Shown here one piece after another: positions 52,201-63,750 of a stretch of DNA of 64,000 nucleotides (positions within the stretch are counted from its first letter, which is position 1; each line of letters begins with the position of its first letter). Below the pieces are notes generated by a model. That model saw nothing but the letters and a program-made list of their open reading frames with translations. It did not search any database and was not told the DNA's origin. Source of the DNA: Saccostrea cucullata (taxonomy: Eukaryota); assembly GCF_032062105.1 (NCBI RefSeq), contig NW_026938795.1, positions 62,001 to 126,000 on the forward strand. Reading direction: 5' to 3'. Position numbers and translations under genes: made by a program.

Positions 52201-55200
52201 TCTATTGCAGTGTAGCGGGGGTGTGGACTGGAGAAGTCGTCTTGACAACCAGAGAGGGGCAGTGTTGGCCACAGAGCTGAAAAACAACAGCTGTAAGCTG
52301 GCCAAGTGGACAGTCTGCTCACTACTGGCCGGCTCCGATCAGATTAAATTTGGGTCAGTCCTTACAAATATTACAGGATTTAGAATTTAAAGACAATGCC
52401 ATGTCATAAATCAAAATGCATAAAATGCTGAGTGATTAGGAATATTTTGTAGCTATGTTTCGAGAGTACATCAGAGAGACACCAGTAAACATGTCATCCT
52501 GGGAACTCAGCAGTTTAAGCCAACAGAGTTTGCTAACCAGATAAATCTGAACATGGAGAATGCTTGGGGAGTGCTGAGGTGTATCATAGATACCTGTATG
52601 AAACTGAAAGAGGGAAAATATCTCATCATGAAGGACCCCAACAAGGTCAGATATCTCACTTCTTATACTTCTGATGTAAACCCTGTAATAAGAATTTCAA
52701 AATATAAACTTTGACCTGGGTAATATGCTGTTATGAATGTGTTCAATTCTTTCCTATGTTTACATGTATTGCAAAATTAACACGAGCATTTCTACACCTT
52801 TCAGCCTGTGATGAGGATCTATGACATACCTGATGATACGTTTGAGTCTGATGAAGAAGAAGATGATGATGAAGATGATGATGATGAAGATGACGATGAG
52901 AGTTCTGATGATGATGATGGTATGTTGTCAGTAAATTCATCCATCACTGCTCTAAATTTTCATCAGTAATTCATACAAAATAGTATATTTAAGTGAGAAT
53001 AAAAGGCTTTCTTTGATTATTTTAAAGAATTTTTTTTTTCATATGGTTAAAGTATATTTTCATTAAAAATTGTGGTATGTTTTACATAAATGTTGATTGT
53101 ACCTTTTAGTAATGGGTTAACTCTTTTCCCCTTAGACTTTTCCCTCCTTTACCCCTTAATGACGACTTTTGACGACTAGCCCCCAACCCTTAATGATGAC
53201 TTTTGACGCATGTGTATTTCTTTGTTTATTTGACTTGAAAGTACCGCTTGTATACTAATTATTTGAGCACAGGTGGCCACCTGCAGGTTAACAATAGATG
53301 ATTGCATCATACTACAGTTAGAAATCACGTGATTTACCTGTGTAAACAAAGAAAAGAAACTTGGAAAGTCCCACTAAAATTCAAAATGGTGGACTGTTAC
53401 ATACGATGTTTTTTGAGCATATAACTCAGTCAATAGGCAATATTTTCTCATCCAGTAAAGCATTACATGAAATTCAAGCTATAAACTACCTATTTCTTGA
53501 AAGGTTTGAAAATTATAATGATTTATATGTGTTTTATACTCCAACATAACATACGAAAATTTTGTGAAGTTCGGGACCGCGCAGTGCCGATTTTGTTACC
53601 TGTTTCTCACAAATTCAGAACATACCTTCCATTTTACACAAATTTATAAATGTAAAGGTGTAGGAAATAATTATTTTAATAAAACTGGATCATTAAGGCC
53701 AAAAAAAATTAATCAATAGTTTCTCAGGCACCGCCGCATCAGTTCAAAAACGGCCGCATTGATCAATTTTATTGGCATATTGAAAAGGGAAATAACTCAA
53801 TTTTCTATTTTTCTAAGTTGAAAAAGAAAATCGAGTTATTCCCCTTTCAATAAATGCTAAGGCTATCTAAATTTAATTCCCTGGTTCTCAGGCCAATTTT
53901 CTCCAAAACAGATGCGGGAGGGCGGCATTTTATTTTTCATTTTATTGGCAATAAAGTATATGAGGGAGGTATTTTTTTTAATTTTAATTTCCGAATTTTC
54001 TTTAACATAAAGATAATTTTTTTAATCACAGATATACTTTCCATTTCTGGTCAGAATTTCTGCTTTATCCATTGCTTAACAGCGTGTAAACATCGTAGGT
54101 AATGTCCTCGAATGTATTTTTAAACGAAGTACTACTTCAAGTAGCCAAAATCTCATTGTAAATGGCTACCGGAAGTGATATTTGAATACTAAACTACGAA
54201 ACAAATGAGGTCGGAATTTTTTTTCCCGGATTGGTCTCCGCAATACCAACTTTTTATTTTATCAAAAATACAAAAAAATCGGCAATTTGGCTACCTCAAA
54301 ACGGATGCGCGCGGGCCTGAGAACCAAGATTTCAATTTTATATGGCCTAAGATAGACGTTTTATTCGAGAAACAATATATTTCTTCTAACTTTACAGTAT
54401 TTTATAGATTAACTTTTAAATAAATGTTTGGAATAACATTATTTAAAGTTGAATACATATTATAACAAATTTCAGAGAGCAAAAACTAAGAATTAGTAGA
54501 TTATCTTCATTTTATTGATCAAATGGCTTAAAAAAGGTGTAAAACCTGCTTCAAAAAAAAAAAAAAAAAAAAAAAACCTGCCTGCCGCATTGAATTTTGA
54601 ATTTTTTGGCCTGAGAAACTATTAATTAATTTTTTTGGGCCTAAAGTATCAAAAAAACGTCCAGAACTCAAGTTTTAGCACACAAGCCTAAAAGTTTGTC
54701 GGCGAGATTGACATTGAAGTATCACGGCAATTTATTGATTTCTGAGGAATTAAACTTATAAAATTGATAATAAATGATAATTTAACCATTAATTATATCA
54801 TCACACATAATTTTTAGCTCACCTCAACGAAGTTGGGGGAGCTTATGTAATAAGCCGTTTTATATCGTCGGAAAATGTCTGTTTTGCGATTTACACCTGC
54901 TTTCACCTTAAGGTTAAGTTTTTTGGAGCAGTTTTCTTTTTAAGTACTTCTATGTCCTATATTGATTAGACATGCATGGAAGATGGTTCTAGTGTGTTTA
55001 TTGTACCAGTCAAAGTTTATATATAATTTTAGCAAAGGAATATATTAATGTTTTTGGAGCAGGTTAACATTTTTGGTGCAGTTTTTGGTGTAGGTTTCAT
55101 TTCCAAGTAACTAAAAGCCCTATGTTAACCAAACTTGCATGGATGATACATCTAAGGATGATATGCCAGATGCTGAATCTGACCTACTTTTTCCGTAGAG

Positions 55201-57984
55201 CAACAGGTTAAAGTTATTTGGTGCAGGTTTCATTTCCAAGTATCTGTAAGTCCTATGTTGACCAAACTTTCATCTAATACATCTAAGAATGGATACAACC
55301 AGGCTTGCTTCGGATGCTGAATCTGACCTACATTTTCCGGTTGAGTGAACAGGTTAAAGTTTTTGGTGCAGGTTTCATTTCCAAGTATCTGTAAGTCCTA
55401 TGTTGACCAAACTTGCATGGATGATACATCTAAGGATGGATACTACCATTTGCTTCGGATGCTGAATCTGACTTACATTTTGTTGAAGAGAACAGGTTAA
55501 AGTTTTTGGTGTGTCATTTTAACTTTATGTTGACCAAACTTGCATGGATGATACATCTAAGGATCATGTGAATTTGGATGCTGAATCTGACCTACATTTT
55601 CCAGTTGAGTGAACAGGTTAAAGTGTTTGGTGCAGGTTTCATTTCCAAGTATCTGTAAGTCCTATGTTGACCAAACTTGCATGGATGATACATCTAAGGA
55701 TGGATACTACCAGGCTTAATAAAATAATCTGACCTACATTTTCCGGTTGAGTAACAGGTTAAAGTTTTTGGTGCAGGTTTCATTTAGTAACTATAAGCCC
55801 TATGTTGACCAAACTTGCATGGATGATACAAAAATAAATTAATTTTTTGAATCTGATACATTTTCCAGTTATATACAGGTTAAAGTGTTTGGTGCAGGTT
55901 TCATTTCCAAGTATCTGTAAGTCCTATGTTGACCAAACTTGCATGGATGATACATCTAAGGATGGATACTACCAGGCTTGCTTCGGATGCTGAATCTGAC
56001 CTACATTTTCCGGTTGAGTGAACAGGTTAAAGTTTTTGGTGCAGGTTTCATTTCCAAGTATCTGTAAGTCCTATGTTGACCAAACTTGCATGGATGATAC
56101 ATCTAAGGATAATTTACCAGGCTTGCTTCGGATGCTGAATCTGACCTACATTTTCCGGTTGAGTGAACAGGTTAAAGTTTTTGGTGCAGGTTTCATTTCC
56201 AAGTAACTATAAGCCCTATGTTGACCAAACTTGCATGGATGATACATCTAAGGAATACATTGGATGCTGAATCTGACCTACATTTTCCAGTTGAGTGAAC
56301 AGGTTAAAGTGTGCAGGTTTCATTTCCAAGTATCTGTAAGTCCTATGTTGACCAAACTTGCATGGATGATACATCTAAGGATGGATACTACCAGGCTTGC
56401 TTCGGATGCTGAATCTGACCTACATTTTCCGGTTGAGTGAACAGGTTAAAGTTTTTGGTGCAGGTTTCATTTCCAAGTAACTATAAGCCCTATGTTGACC
56501 AAACTTGCATGGATGATACATCTAAGGATTATATTCGGATGCTGAATCTGACCTACATTTTCCAGTTGAGTGAACAGGTTAAAGTGTTTGGTGCAGGTTT
56601 CATTTCCAAGTAACTTTAAGACCTATGTTGACCAAACTTGCATGGATGATACATCTAAGGATGGATACTACCAGGCTTGCTTCGGATGCTGAATCTGACC
56701 TACATTTTCCGGTTGAGTGAACAGGTTAAAAGGTTTCATTTCCAAGTAACTATAAGCCCTATGTTGACCAAACTTGCATGGATGATACATCTAAGGTTGG
56801 ATACTACCGGGCTTGCTTCGGATGCTGAATCTGACCTACATTTTCCAGTTGAGTGAACAGGTTAAAGTGTTTGGAGCAGGTTTCATTTGCAAGTAACTTT
56901 CTATGTTGACCAAACTTGCATGGATGATAAATCTAAGGATGCACACTACCGAACTTGCTTCGGATGCAAAATCTGAAAACATTTTCCGGTTGAGTGAACA
57001 AGTAAAAGTTTTTGGTGCAGGTTTCATTTCCAAGTAACTATGAGTTCTTTAATGACCAATCTTGCATGGATGATACATCTTGTGTACCAGGCTTGCTTAT
57101 GCTGAATCTGACCTACATTTTGTGGATGAGTGAAAATGTTAGTTTTTGATGTATGTTTCATTTCCAATTAACTATGAGCCTTATAATGTGCAAACTTGCA
57201 TGGACAATACATCTAAGGATGGATACTACCGGGCTTGCTTCGGATGCTGAATTTGACATATATATTTTTCAGATAATAGACCAGGTTAAAGTTATGGTTG
57301 CAGGTCTATTACCAAAAAACTTTAAGGCTTTTATAACATTGTATAAACCAAACTTGCACAAATGTTGCATCAAGAGATGAAAACTCAAATTTGCTTTAGA
57401 TGCTGAATTACATATTCATGAAGAAGAACTACTTTCAATTTTTTATGTTGGTCTACTTCAAAGTATCAGATCAAAATTGCTTAGATATTTTCATTTTTGG
57501 AATGTACATTTTTTGTTGGTTAATTGTGTGACTTTGCCTTATTTAAAGACAACATTCGTTGAGGTGAGCTCTGTAATCTCTGATTACCTATGTTTATTAT
57601 TTATACAGACAGTTTTGGCTTAGAAAAGCCGTTTTATATCTTGAAAATATCTATTTTGCGATTTACACCTGCTTTCACCTGAATTATTTATTTACAGATA
57701 ACTCCGATCAAAATTTTGCAAATAGATTTTAAAACTTTAATTTATTACGAATCTAATGATATATATAATACATAGCATAAATATATTATTTTGACCCTTA
57801 TGAGTTCAGTTTTAAACTGCACTCCAATTCAACTAAAACGTTCTAAGGGGCAGCAAGGCAAACACTCTAAGGATATGCCAGTGCGTCAAATCGTGGCATT
57901 AAGGGGTAAAGTCTCGTTAAGACAGCAACAATAGTACAGTGTCTTATACTGAATAATCTTTCTCTTTTAGATGATAAGAAGTGA
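46224..57984 (+). CDS. EIF3D: Eukaryotic translation initiation factor 3 subunit D
   Basis: Phase-consistent exons 46224-46346, 48648-48693, 48798-48937, 49171-49259, 50083-50152, 50390-50511, 50615-50747, 51055-51333, 51496-51578, 51691-51820, 52211-52353, 52453-52645, 52805-52919, 57971-57984. Signatures: [75 protein letters not shown] and an acidic tail. The last 14-nt coding exon is the least certain. Confidence 0.97.
46700..47225. mobile_element. MITE with 6-bp TSD
   Basis: TIR CAGTCTTCACGAAAAC; TSD AATATG on both sides. Confidence 0.8.
47245..47853. mobile_element. Degraded hAT-like MITE with 8-bp TSD and a nested short MITE
   Basis: TAGGGCTG left end and TTCGG/CCGAA subterminal repeats. 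GTTGACCC at 47237-47244 and 47854-47861. The right TIR is decayed. Confidence 0.5.
49240..49450 (+). repeat. ~42-bp diverged tandem repeat (about 5 units) containing the EIF3D exon 4 donor
   Basis: TAGAGAGAGGTAAAGTGAAAGT at 49251 and 49293, with decayed units at ~49336, 49381 and 49423. Confidence 0.8.
49474..50046. mobile_element. hAT MITE with canonical 8-bp TSD
   Basis: TIR TAGGGCTG(C/T)CACGGTT; TSD ATCACCAT at 49466-49473 and 50047-50054. Confidence 0.85.
50939..51081 (+). repeat. 62-bp tandem repeat (2.3 units) spanning the EIF3D exon 8 acceptor
   Basis: GTCCAGTGGTA..TGTTT starts at 50939, 51001 and 51063. Confidence 0.9.
51858..52020. mobile_element. Small TTAA-targeted MITE (Kolobok-like purine-purine termini)
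   Basis: TIR G(A/G)AAGCTCTAAACACT; TTAA on both flanks. Confidence 0.75.
53697..54641. mobile_element. PIF/Harbinger-like MITE with TAA TSD
   Basis: TIR GGCC(A/C)AAAAAAATTAAT(C/T)AATAGTTTCTCAGGC; TAA on both flanks. Confidence 0.75.
53861..54347. mobile_element. PIF/Harbinger-like MITE nested in a related element (second copy begins ~63839)
   Basis: TIR GGC(T/C)AT..AAA..TGGTTCTCAGGCC; TAA on both flanks. Collinear match to 63839-64000. Confidence 0.75.
54811..57595. mobile_element. Helentron-type element carrying ~16 satellite monomers of ~130-147 bp
   Basis: Perfect 16-bp subterminal IR AGCTCACCTCAACGAA (54816) / TTCGTTGAGGTGAGCT (57555) and a terminal hairpin. Monomer GGTGCAGGTTTCATTTCCAAG..TATGTTGACCAAACTTGCATGGATGATACATCTAAGG at ~55075-57310. 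Confidence 0.85.
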
Positions 57985-58365
57985 AGACCAGCATACAACA
58001 TAGAGGGATTTGTGAAAGGTTTATACAAGAACAATGATAACATCATGTTTATTTTCTCATAGTGCTTATATTTTGTTGAAGAGAAATGAAGTTTTAGTGT
58101 GTATTTTTTTTTTTAAAGCTGATATTACATTTAAAGATCATGTGAATTTGGTATTATATTATGAACATTTCAAATTAACAGCCTTGGAAACTTATGTTCA
58201 ATATCATTAAAGTGCAACATTTATGTACGTATTTAAATTGAAGTATTAATAAAATAATTAGTACAAACTGTAACAGACTGAATTTTGTTACTAGGTTGTT
58301 TTATTAGAAGGCAAGTTTCATTTGATGAAAAAAATAAATTAATTTTTTACGGGATATAGATATAT

Positions 58366-58548
58366 ACAGTTAAACATGCTTATAGTGAAGTTTCAGGTAC
58401 AGATTTAGATGAAATGGTTTTATTATAAATCTAATTTATTATATCTATAAATTTACAGTACAATTTAAAACTAGGGGAATAAAAATTACTTTGCTGTAAG
58501 CATCAGTTCTTTTTATTAAAGCCTGTTTGCTATAAGCCTGTTTCACTG
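58366..58548. mobile_element. Short Tc1/pogo-type MITE
   Basis: TA|CAGT(T/G)AAACA(T/G)GCTTATAG inverted termini. Confidence 0.65.
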
Positions 58549-59289
58549 TATCTTCATGAGAAAACATAAAGTTTGCAGAAATGAAGCTGTTTATGTATCA
58601 ATTATGATATGCTCTCCTCTATTTGTATAACCTCAAACTTTTTCGCTTTGACATTTATGTGCCTGGAACATTTTATTTATGCAAAACATAATAGATAAGG
58701 GCTCAGTTAGTAGTACACCTGGCTAGAGATTTAGTGGGGGTCAAGTTCCATTTCTGGTCTGTTCTGTTAAGGTTTTGAATACAGGTACAAAATTCAATTC
58801 TTGAATGATAAAATGTTATGCTTCATATAGCTGAGGAGTGTACACTGTATCCTTAAAAGTCCTTCTTTAGAATATTATAGCAAGGCCATGTTAATATTTA
58901 TATGAGTATTTACAGGTGGTTTGGGTAGATTCAGATTTGCTAAAATACTGTAAATGTACTACATTTGGAGGTGTTTTCTATTTAGCGATTTTGGCGGATA
59001 CCAGAATCCGCTAAATCAAGTACATCGCTAAATGTCTTCTACATGTATACATATTAAACATTTACATCTGACACATTCAGATTATTGCTAAATCAAATCT
59101 ATGCTAACTTGCTAAAAAATAAATTTCCACCAAATATTGTACAAGCCAAATATAATACATTTACAGTAATAGGTTCAAAGAATATGAAAACACTTTAAAC
59201 TTGTTAATAAGGACAATTGTCCTTCAAATTAAGATTCTCATTGGTAAGAATGGTGCTAGAATAGGGAATAAATATTACATTACATATGA

Positions 59290-59965
59290 AAACAAGAGGC
59301 CCATGATGTCCATGGGTCACATCGCTCACCTGAGAAGCTTTGACCATTCTGTTCTTTACCCGATTTCCCCCTTGTAATACACATTCTGACCCCACCCTAC
59401 CCACTGATCATAATTTAGACAATTTGAAATCTACACTACCCCAGGATGCTTCCACATAAGTTTCATCTTTTCTGGCCCAGTAGTTCTTGAGAAGAAGGTT
59501 TACAAAGATTTTTCCTATATATTTCAATGTAAAACTTTGATTCCCTATCGTGGCCCCGCCCTACCCCCGGGGGACATGATTTGAACAATTTAGAATCTAC
59601 CCTCCCCCAGGATGCTTCCACATACCGGTAAGTTTCATCTTTTCTGGCCCAGTGGTTCTTGAGAAGAAGGTTTACAAAGATTATTCCTATATATTTCTGT
59701 GTAAAACTTGGATTCCCTATTGTGGCCCTGCCCTACCCCTGGGGGTCATGATTTGAACAATTTAGAATCTATACTACCCCAGGATGCTTCCACATAAGTT
59801 TCATCTTTTCTGGCCCAGTGGTTCTTGAGAAGAAGATTTTTTAATGACCCTATCTTATTTTTGTCTTTTCTTGATTATCTCCCCTTGTGAGGGGACTTAA
59901 ATGGTCCTTAATTTTAAGAATTTAAATTCCCCTTCACCCAAGGATGTTTGTACCAAGTTTGGTCA

Positions 59966-60002
<37 letters not shown>

Positions 60003-60060
60003 GTGAAAAGTTTACAGACAAACAGACAGACAGACAACGGACAAAATGTGATCAGAAAAA
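59290..60060. mobile_element. Helentron-type element with ~166-bp satellite monomers (same family as 24463)
   Basis: AACAAGAGGCCCATG..CGCTCACCTGAG left end, about 3 monomers and a GACA microsatellite. The terminal hairpin is missing. Confidence 0.8.
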
Positions 60061-60794
60061 GTGCAAGGAATCATCAGGTGTTAGTTAAATTGATTTATTA
60101 AAACAATCTATTTTCCATGAGTTCAAGTTTGAGGAAGTCTTGATTGAGTTGATTCCATGAAACTTAGTACATGGAACCACTTACATACAGAATGAAGTTA
60201 TGGGATATCTATAAATGATTATTCCACATTTCTCTTCAGGAGATTCCTACTTTGGAAATGTAATTTAGATCCAATTCTTTGGCACATTTCATAGCATACA
60301 TTAATATTAAATCGCATTTTGAATCATTAACTCTATATTGAGTGATTGAGATTTTGCAAAGAATTATTGTTTATTATTCATATAGCTGTAGTTTACTAGT
60401 TAGTCGAAAAGTTCTAGGTACAATTCAAGTCGAATAAGTTTATGAGCGATCTAATGAGTCTCATGAATTCAGTCGCCATTTTTTAAAAGCAAGCAAACAA
60501 ACAACTGCAATTTTAAATTTATTTGTGTAATATCCACTACCTCTACGTTAAGTCCTGCTTTGTTTCTGTTGTTTTTTCGTGAAGTTAATAAAACCCAAGC
60601 CATAAAAAGCATGTGCAATTTACCTAAAAATGGTAAGAAAACCCAAGCCAAAATCCGTAAATCCTAAAAAAAGCTAATCCAGCCCAAACAGAGAACAGAC
60701 TGACTAATAATAGATCAAATATAATTACAAATAGCAAGTATCCCAGTCTCACACTGCTATTCCTTATTTTGAATTTAGGCCTTAGTCATTACAG

Positions 60795-62093
60795 CAGAGT
60801 TGTGGAAAACTTTTTCAGATAGCCGGTCATTTGGACCAACAAGAAAACAAAATCAGTCAGGGGTGTGATTGAAATCCATCATTTTTAAAAATGATGATTT
60901 TCAGTCATTAAATTGATTTTTAATAATGATGGAAATTCATCTTTTTTTAGTAAAATGATGAAAAACAGTCATTTCTATTTTGAAATTTATTTTAGAAATA
61001 GAGTTATCTCTGATATTAAAAATGACTGTTTTTCATCATTTTTTATCAAATTGTTAGGTCTGGGCGCACTTAATTATCTCATTAGTTTTACGGGGCGCAC
61101 TAAATTATTTTGGTTTCAATTACTTGTCAAGATGTTTCTCTACACAAGGGTCTATGGCAGGATAGTGTACTATATCTAATTACTGTAGTAAATGGGATGG
61201 GAAAATTGACTTGAGAATGGAAATATGATGAAAAGACGTCATATTTACAAAAATCAGAAAATTGTGTACATTATATACTTAGAAGAAATGACCATTATCC
61301 ATCATTTTTAAAAATGATGGATTTCAGTCTCACCCCTGACTGAAAATAAGCCGGTCCGAAATAGGAAGTCGCAAAATGAAAAAAAAACCTTAATATTTAT
61401 TCACTTTATAACACAATCTTTTTAATAAATCATGTTAATAATGATACAAAATTCAATCTCCATTTCCAAGTCCTCTTCCATTTTCTTTTAATTTTGCATT
61501 TATAACAATACTAGATACCATCACTTTTTGGAAGGTCACATTGCTAATTAAGCATAGTGATTGTAATTTTTTTTTTAAACATTTATGCATTTTGGAATTA
61601 TATTAACCTAGAAAATGGGTCTAAAAATTGCAAAAATTCTTTGCATCGATAATAAAGATATTAATAAACGATCGGTAAAAAAAAATGAAAATCTAAGACA
61701 GTCGGGAGTACTAGATTTACTGCTTTCCCCACCTGTGCTTGCATTCTTTCTGTTGAAATTTTTCATATTTAGCTCCTCTAAACTTTATATTTTTCTTTGA
61801 TACGTTTTCTACCTAATTCTGCCCCAGTTGCATTTAAATTTAATAGGTCATGAGAACCATGCCAGTTTTGCTTTCATTTACAGCCTCGATCTCGTTAAAA
61901 GAAAAGGTATTATGCAATCGCATATAAGGTACCACAATTAAGAAGGGAAATGCACAAATGATAAATAGAAAAACAAAAAGCTTTAACAAAAAGAGGGGGC
62001 CGGTCATTTGGACGGACACTGATAGCATTTTTACCGGTCATGCGAATTTTTTGTTGGTTTTGCAGGCATGACCGGCAGTTTCCCACAACTCTG
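60795..62093. mobile_element. MITE with 6-bp TSD
   Basis: TIR CAGAGTTGTGG(A/G)AAACT; TSD TTACAG at 60789-60794 and 62094-62099. Confidence 0.8.
60854..61342. mobile_element. Nested MITE with ~43-bp TIRs and 5-bp TSD
   Basis: TIR CAGTCAGGGGTG(T/A)GA(T/C)TGAAATCCATCATTTTTAAAAATGATG; TSD AAAAT. Confidence 0.8.
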
Positions 62094-62271
62094 TTACAGC
62101 AGTATACAAATAATTTTTAAATTTAAACTTTCACTGACACAATTAATTGGGAGTTACAATGTCCATTTAGGTCGTTGTATCTCCCAATTAATTGTGTCAG
62201 TGAAAGTGTAGGCCTTTTTATATTTGATAATATTACACTGCTTTTGTTTTTATTGGCAGCTGGTAGTAAAT

Positions 62272-63750
62272 ATGAATCAGTATCCGGCTGGACTAGTTCC
62301 CATGATGGTTCCGCAGCCATACATGATGGCTGTGCGATTACCACAGGGAGTGCAGCCCCAGCGGGCCCAAACTGCGATGGGACAGACGGCCTTAAGCCAG
62401 GCTGCATTAGGAACAGCAGCATTAGGACAGGCTGGAATCATGAGTCAAGCAGCTTTGGGACAGACAGCCTTAAACCAAACAGCTCTGAGTCAAAGTGCTA
62501 TCGGACAAACAGCCGTCAGTCCAGCTCTTATGGCACAGGCTGCAATGGGACAAACAGCCCTGGGGCAGACAGCATTAGGACAGACAGCTTTAGGACAAAA
62601 TGCACTCGGCCATATTCCTCTAAGTCAGGCAGCGTTAGGCCAGGCAGCTCTTGGGCAGAGTATGTATGGACAGACAGCGCTGGGAGGGGCAACAGCTCTG
62701 GGACACTCTGCATTCCTTCCTGGTTTACCCATTGCAGCAGCTGCAGCTCAGAGGTTTGCTGCTGCTCCATCTCCTGGTGGATTGCAGGCTTTGTCCTTGA
62801 CCTCAGCAGCTCAAGGTCTCACTCCCCAGCATCAGATGTTACAGCTGGACCCTAATGCTGCACTCAAGCTTGCCTATGCAGACGGGGGGCGGGCAGCGAG
62901 GTGAAGATAACTTTTAAACAAAAGATAAACCATAGAAAAAAAAGATGCTTTAAGATTTCTTATTTTTCAATTTTCATGATCATTTGTAAATGGTTGATTT
63001 TAAACTGCAAAGTTTTCATAATTGATTTGTAATTTGAAGGGTATTGTACATATAAAGTTAAAGTAGTAAATATGATAATATTTCAGTCTTGCCAGTATGT
63101 ATGGGATGGGAGAAGTGGTCCAACATGCAGAACCAGAGAATTCAGAGAAGTCCATTGTGATGTTGGACGACTACAACAGTGATCTCCATCTTGTGTTGGA
63201 TGACGATGGGTTTGTAGTCATTAAGTTCTTCATTCTTTGTTATGTTTTCTGTTCTAGATCTCTCTCATCTTGAGCATTGTATAACTGTAATATATCTTCT
63301 TTATACATTACAGATATGGTGCCCGTCCTTTAAATGAACCAGCAGCATTCTGTTTTTGTTGGGCTGGTGTCAAGGCCACTCATGGAGTGTACCGGGGCAA
63401 GGTTAGTGTGCTAGTGTTTATGTTGCATGGAAGTTCAGAAATTTTCCATCCTTCAGGTATGGTGCTGTATGAATGCAGTTATATATACATTACAGAACTT
63501 CCTGACTAATCATCTGGTCTTGTTTTACTGTAAAAAAAAAAAAAAAGTTCATGATGTTTTTTTGTACCAACTTCCACTAACATTAAATCAAGTCAACAAA
63601 GAATTAGGGTGGATAATGTTGATTTTCAGGCCTATTATGAGATACAAGTGACAGAGCACCAGCAGACAGACTTTGGTTCTGACCACCAGGAGAAAGATCC
63701 ACACATTATCAGGGTGGGCTGGTCACTGGAGGAGTGCTCACTACAGCTAG
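62272..63750 (+). CDS. hnRNP U / hnRNPUL-like SPRY-domain protein, 5' part (continues beyond the window)
   Basis: Phase-consistent exons 62272-62900 (acceptor at 62259), 63087-63209, 63314-63401, 63630-63750. VMLDDYNSDLHL..WAGVKATHGVYRGKAYYEIQV..IRVGWSL..LQLG matches the hnRNP U SPRY pattern ([38 protein letters not shown]..LLG). Confidence 0.85.

Larger units (their letters stand above)
53121..57916. mobile_element. TTAA-flanked piggyBac-like non-autonomous element hosting nested insertions
   Basis: TTTACCCCTTAATGACGACTTTTGACG (~53148) is inverted relative to CGTCAAATCGTGGCATTAAGGGGTAAA (~57884). TTAA at 53117 and 57917. Confidence 0.55.

Noticed and set aside
52743-52940. His-rich minus-strand ORF
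   Set aside because: Antisense of the EIF3D GAT/GAA acidic tail.
55075-57310. Regular repeats with variable inserts resembling a CRISPR array
   Set aside because: Monomers are 130-147 bp head to tail inside a Helentron shell in a spliceosomal intron. There are no cas genes, and the unique bits match the local flank.
62175-62855. 226-aa ORF in an alternative frame, and antisense ORFs
   Set aside because: Shadow frames of the GC-rich repeat exon. Only the 62272 frame splices in phase to the SPRY exons.
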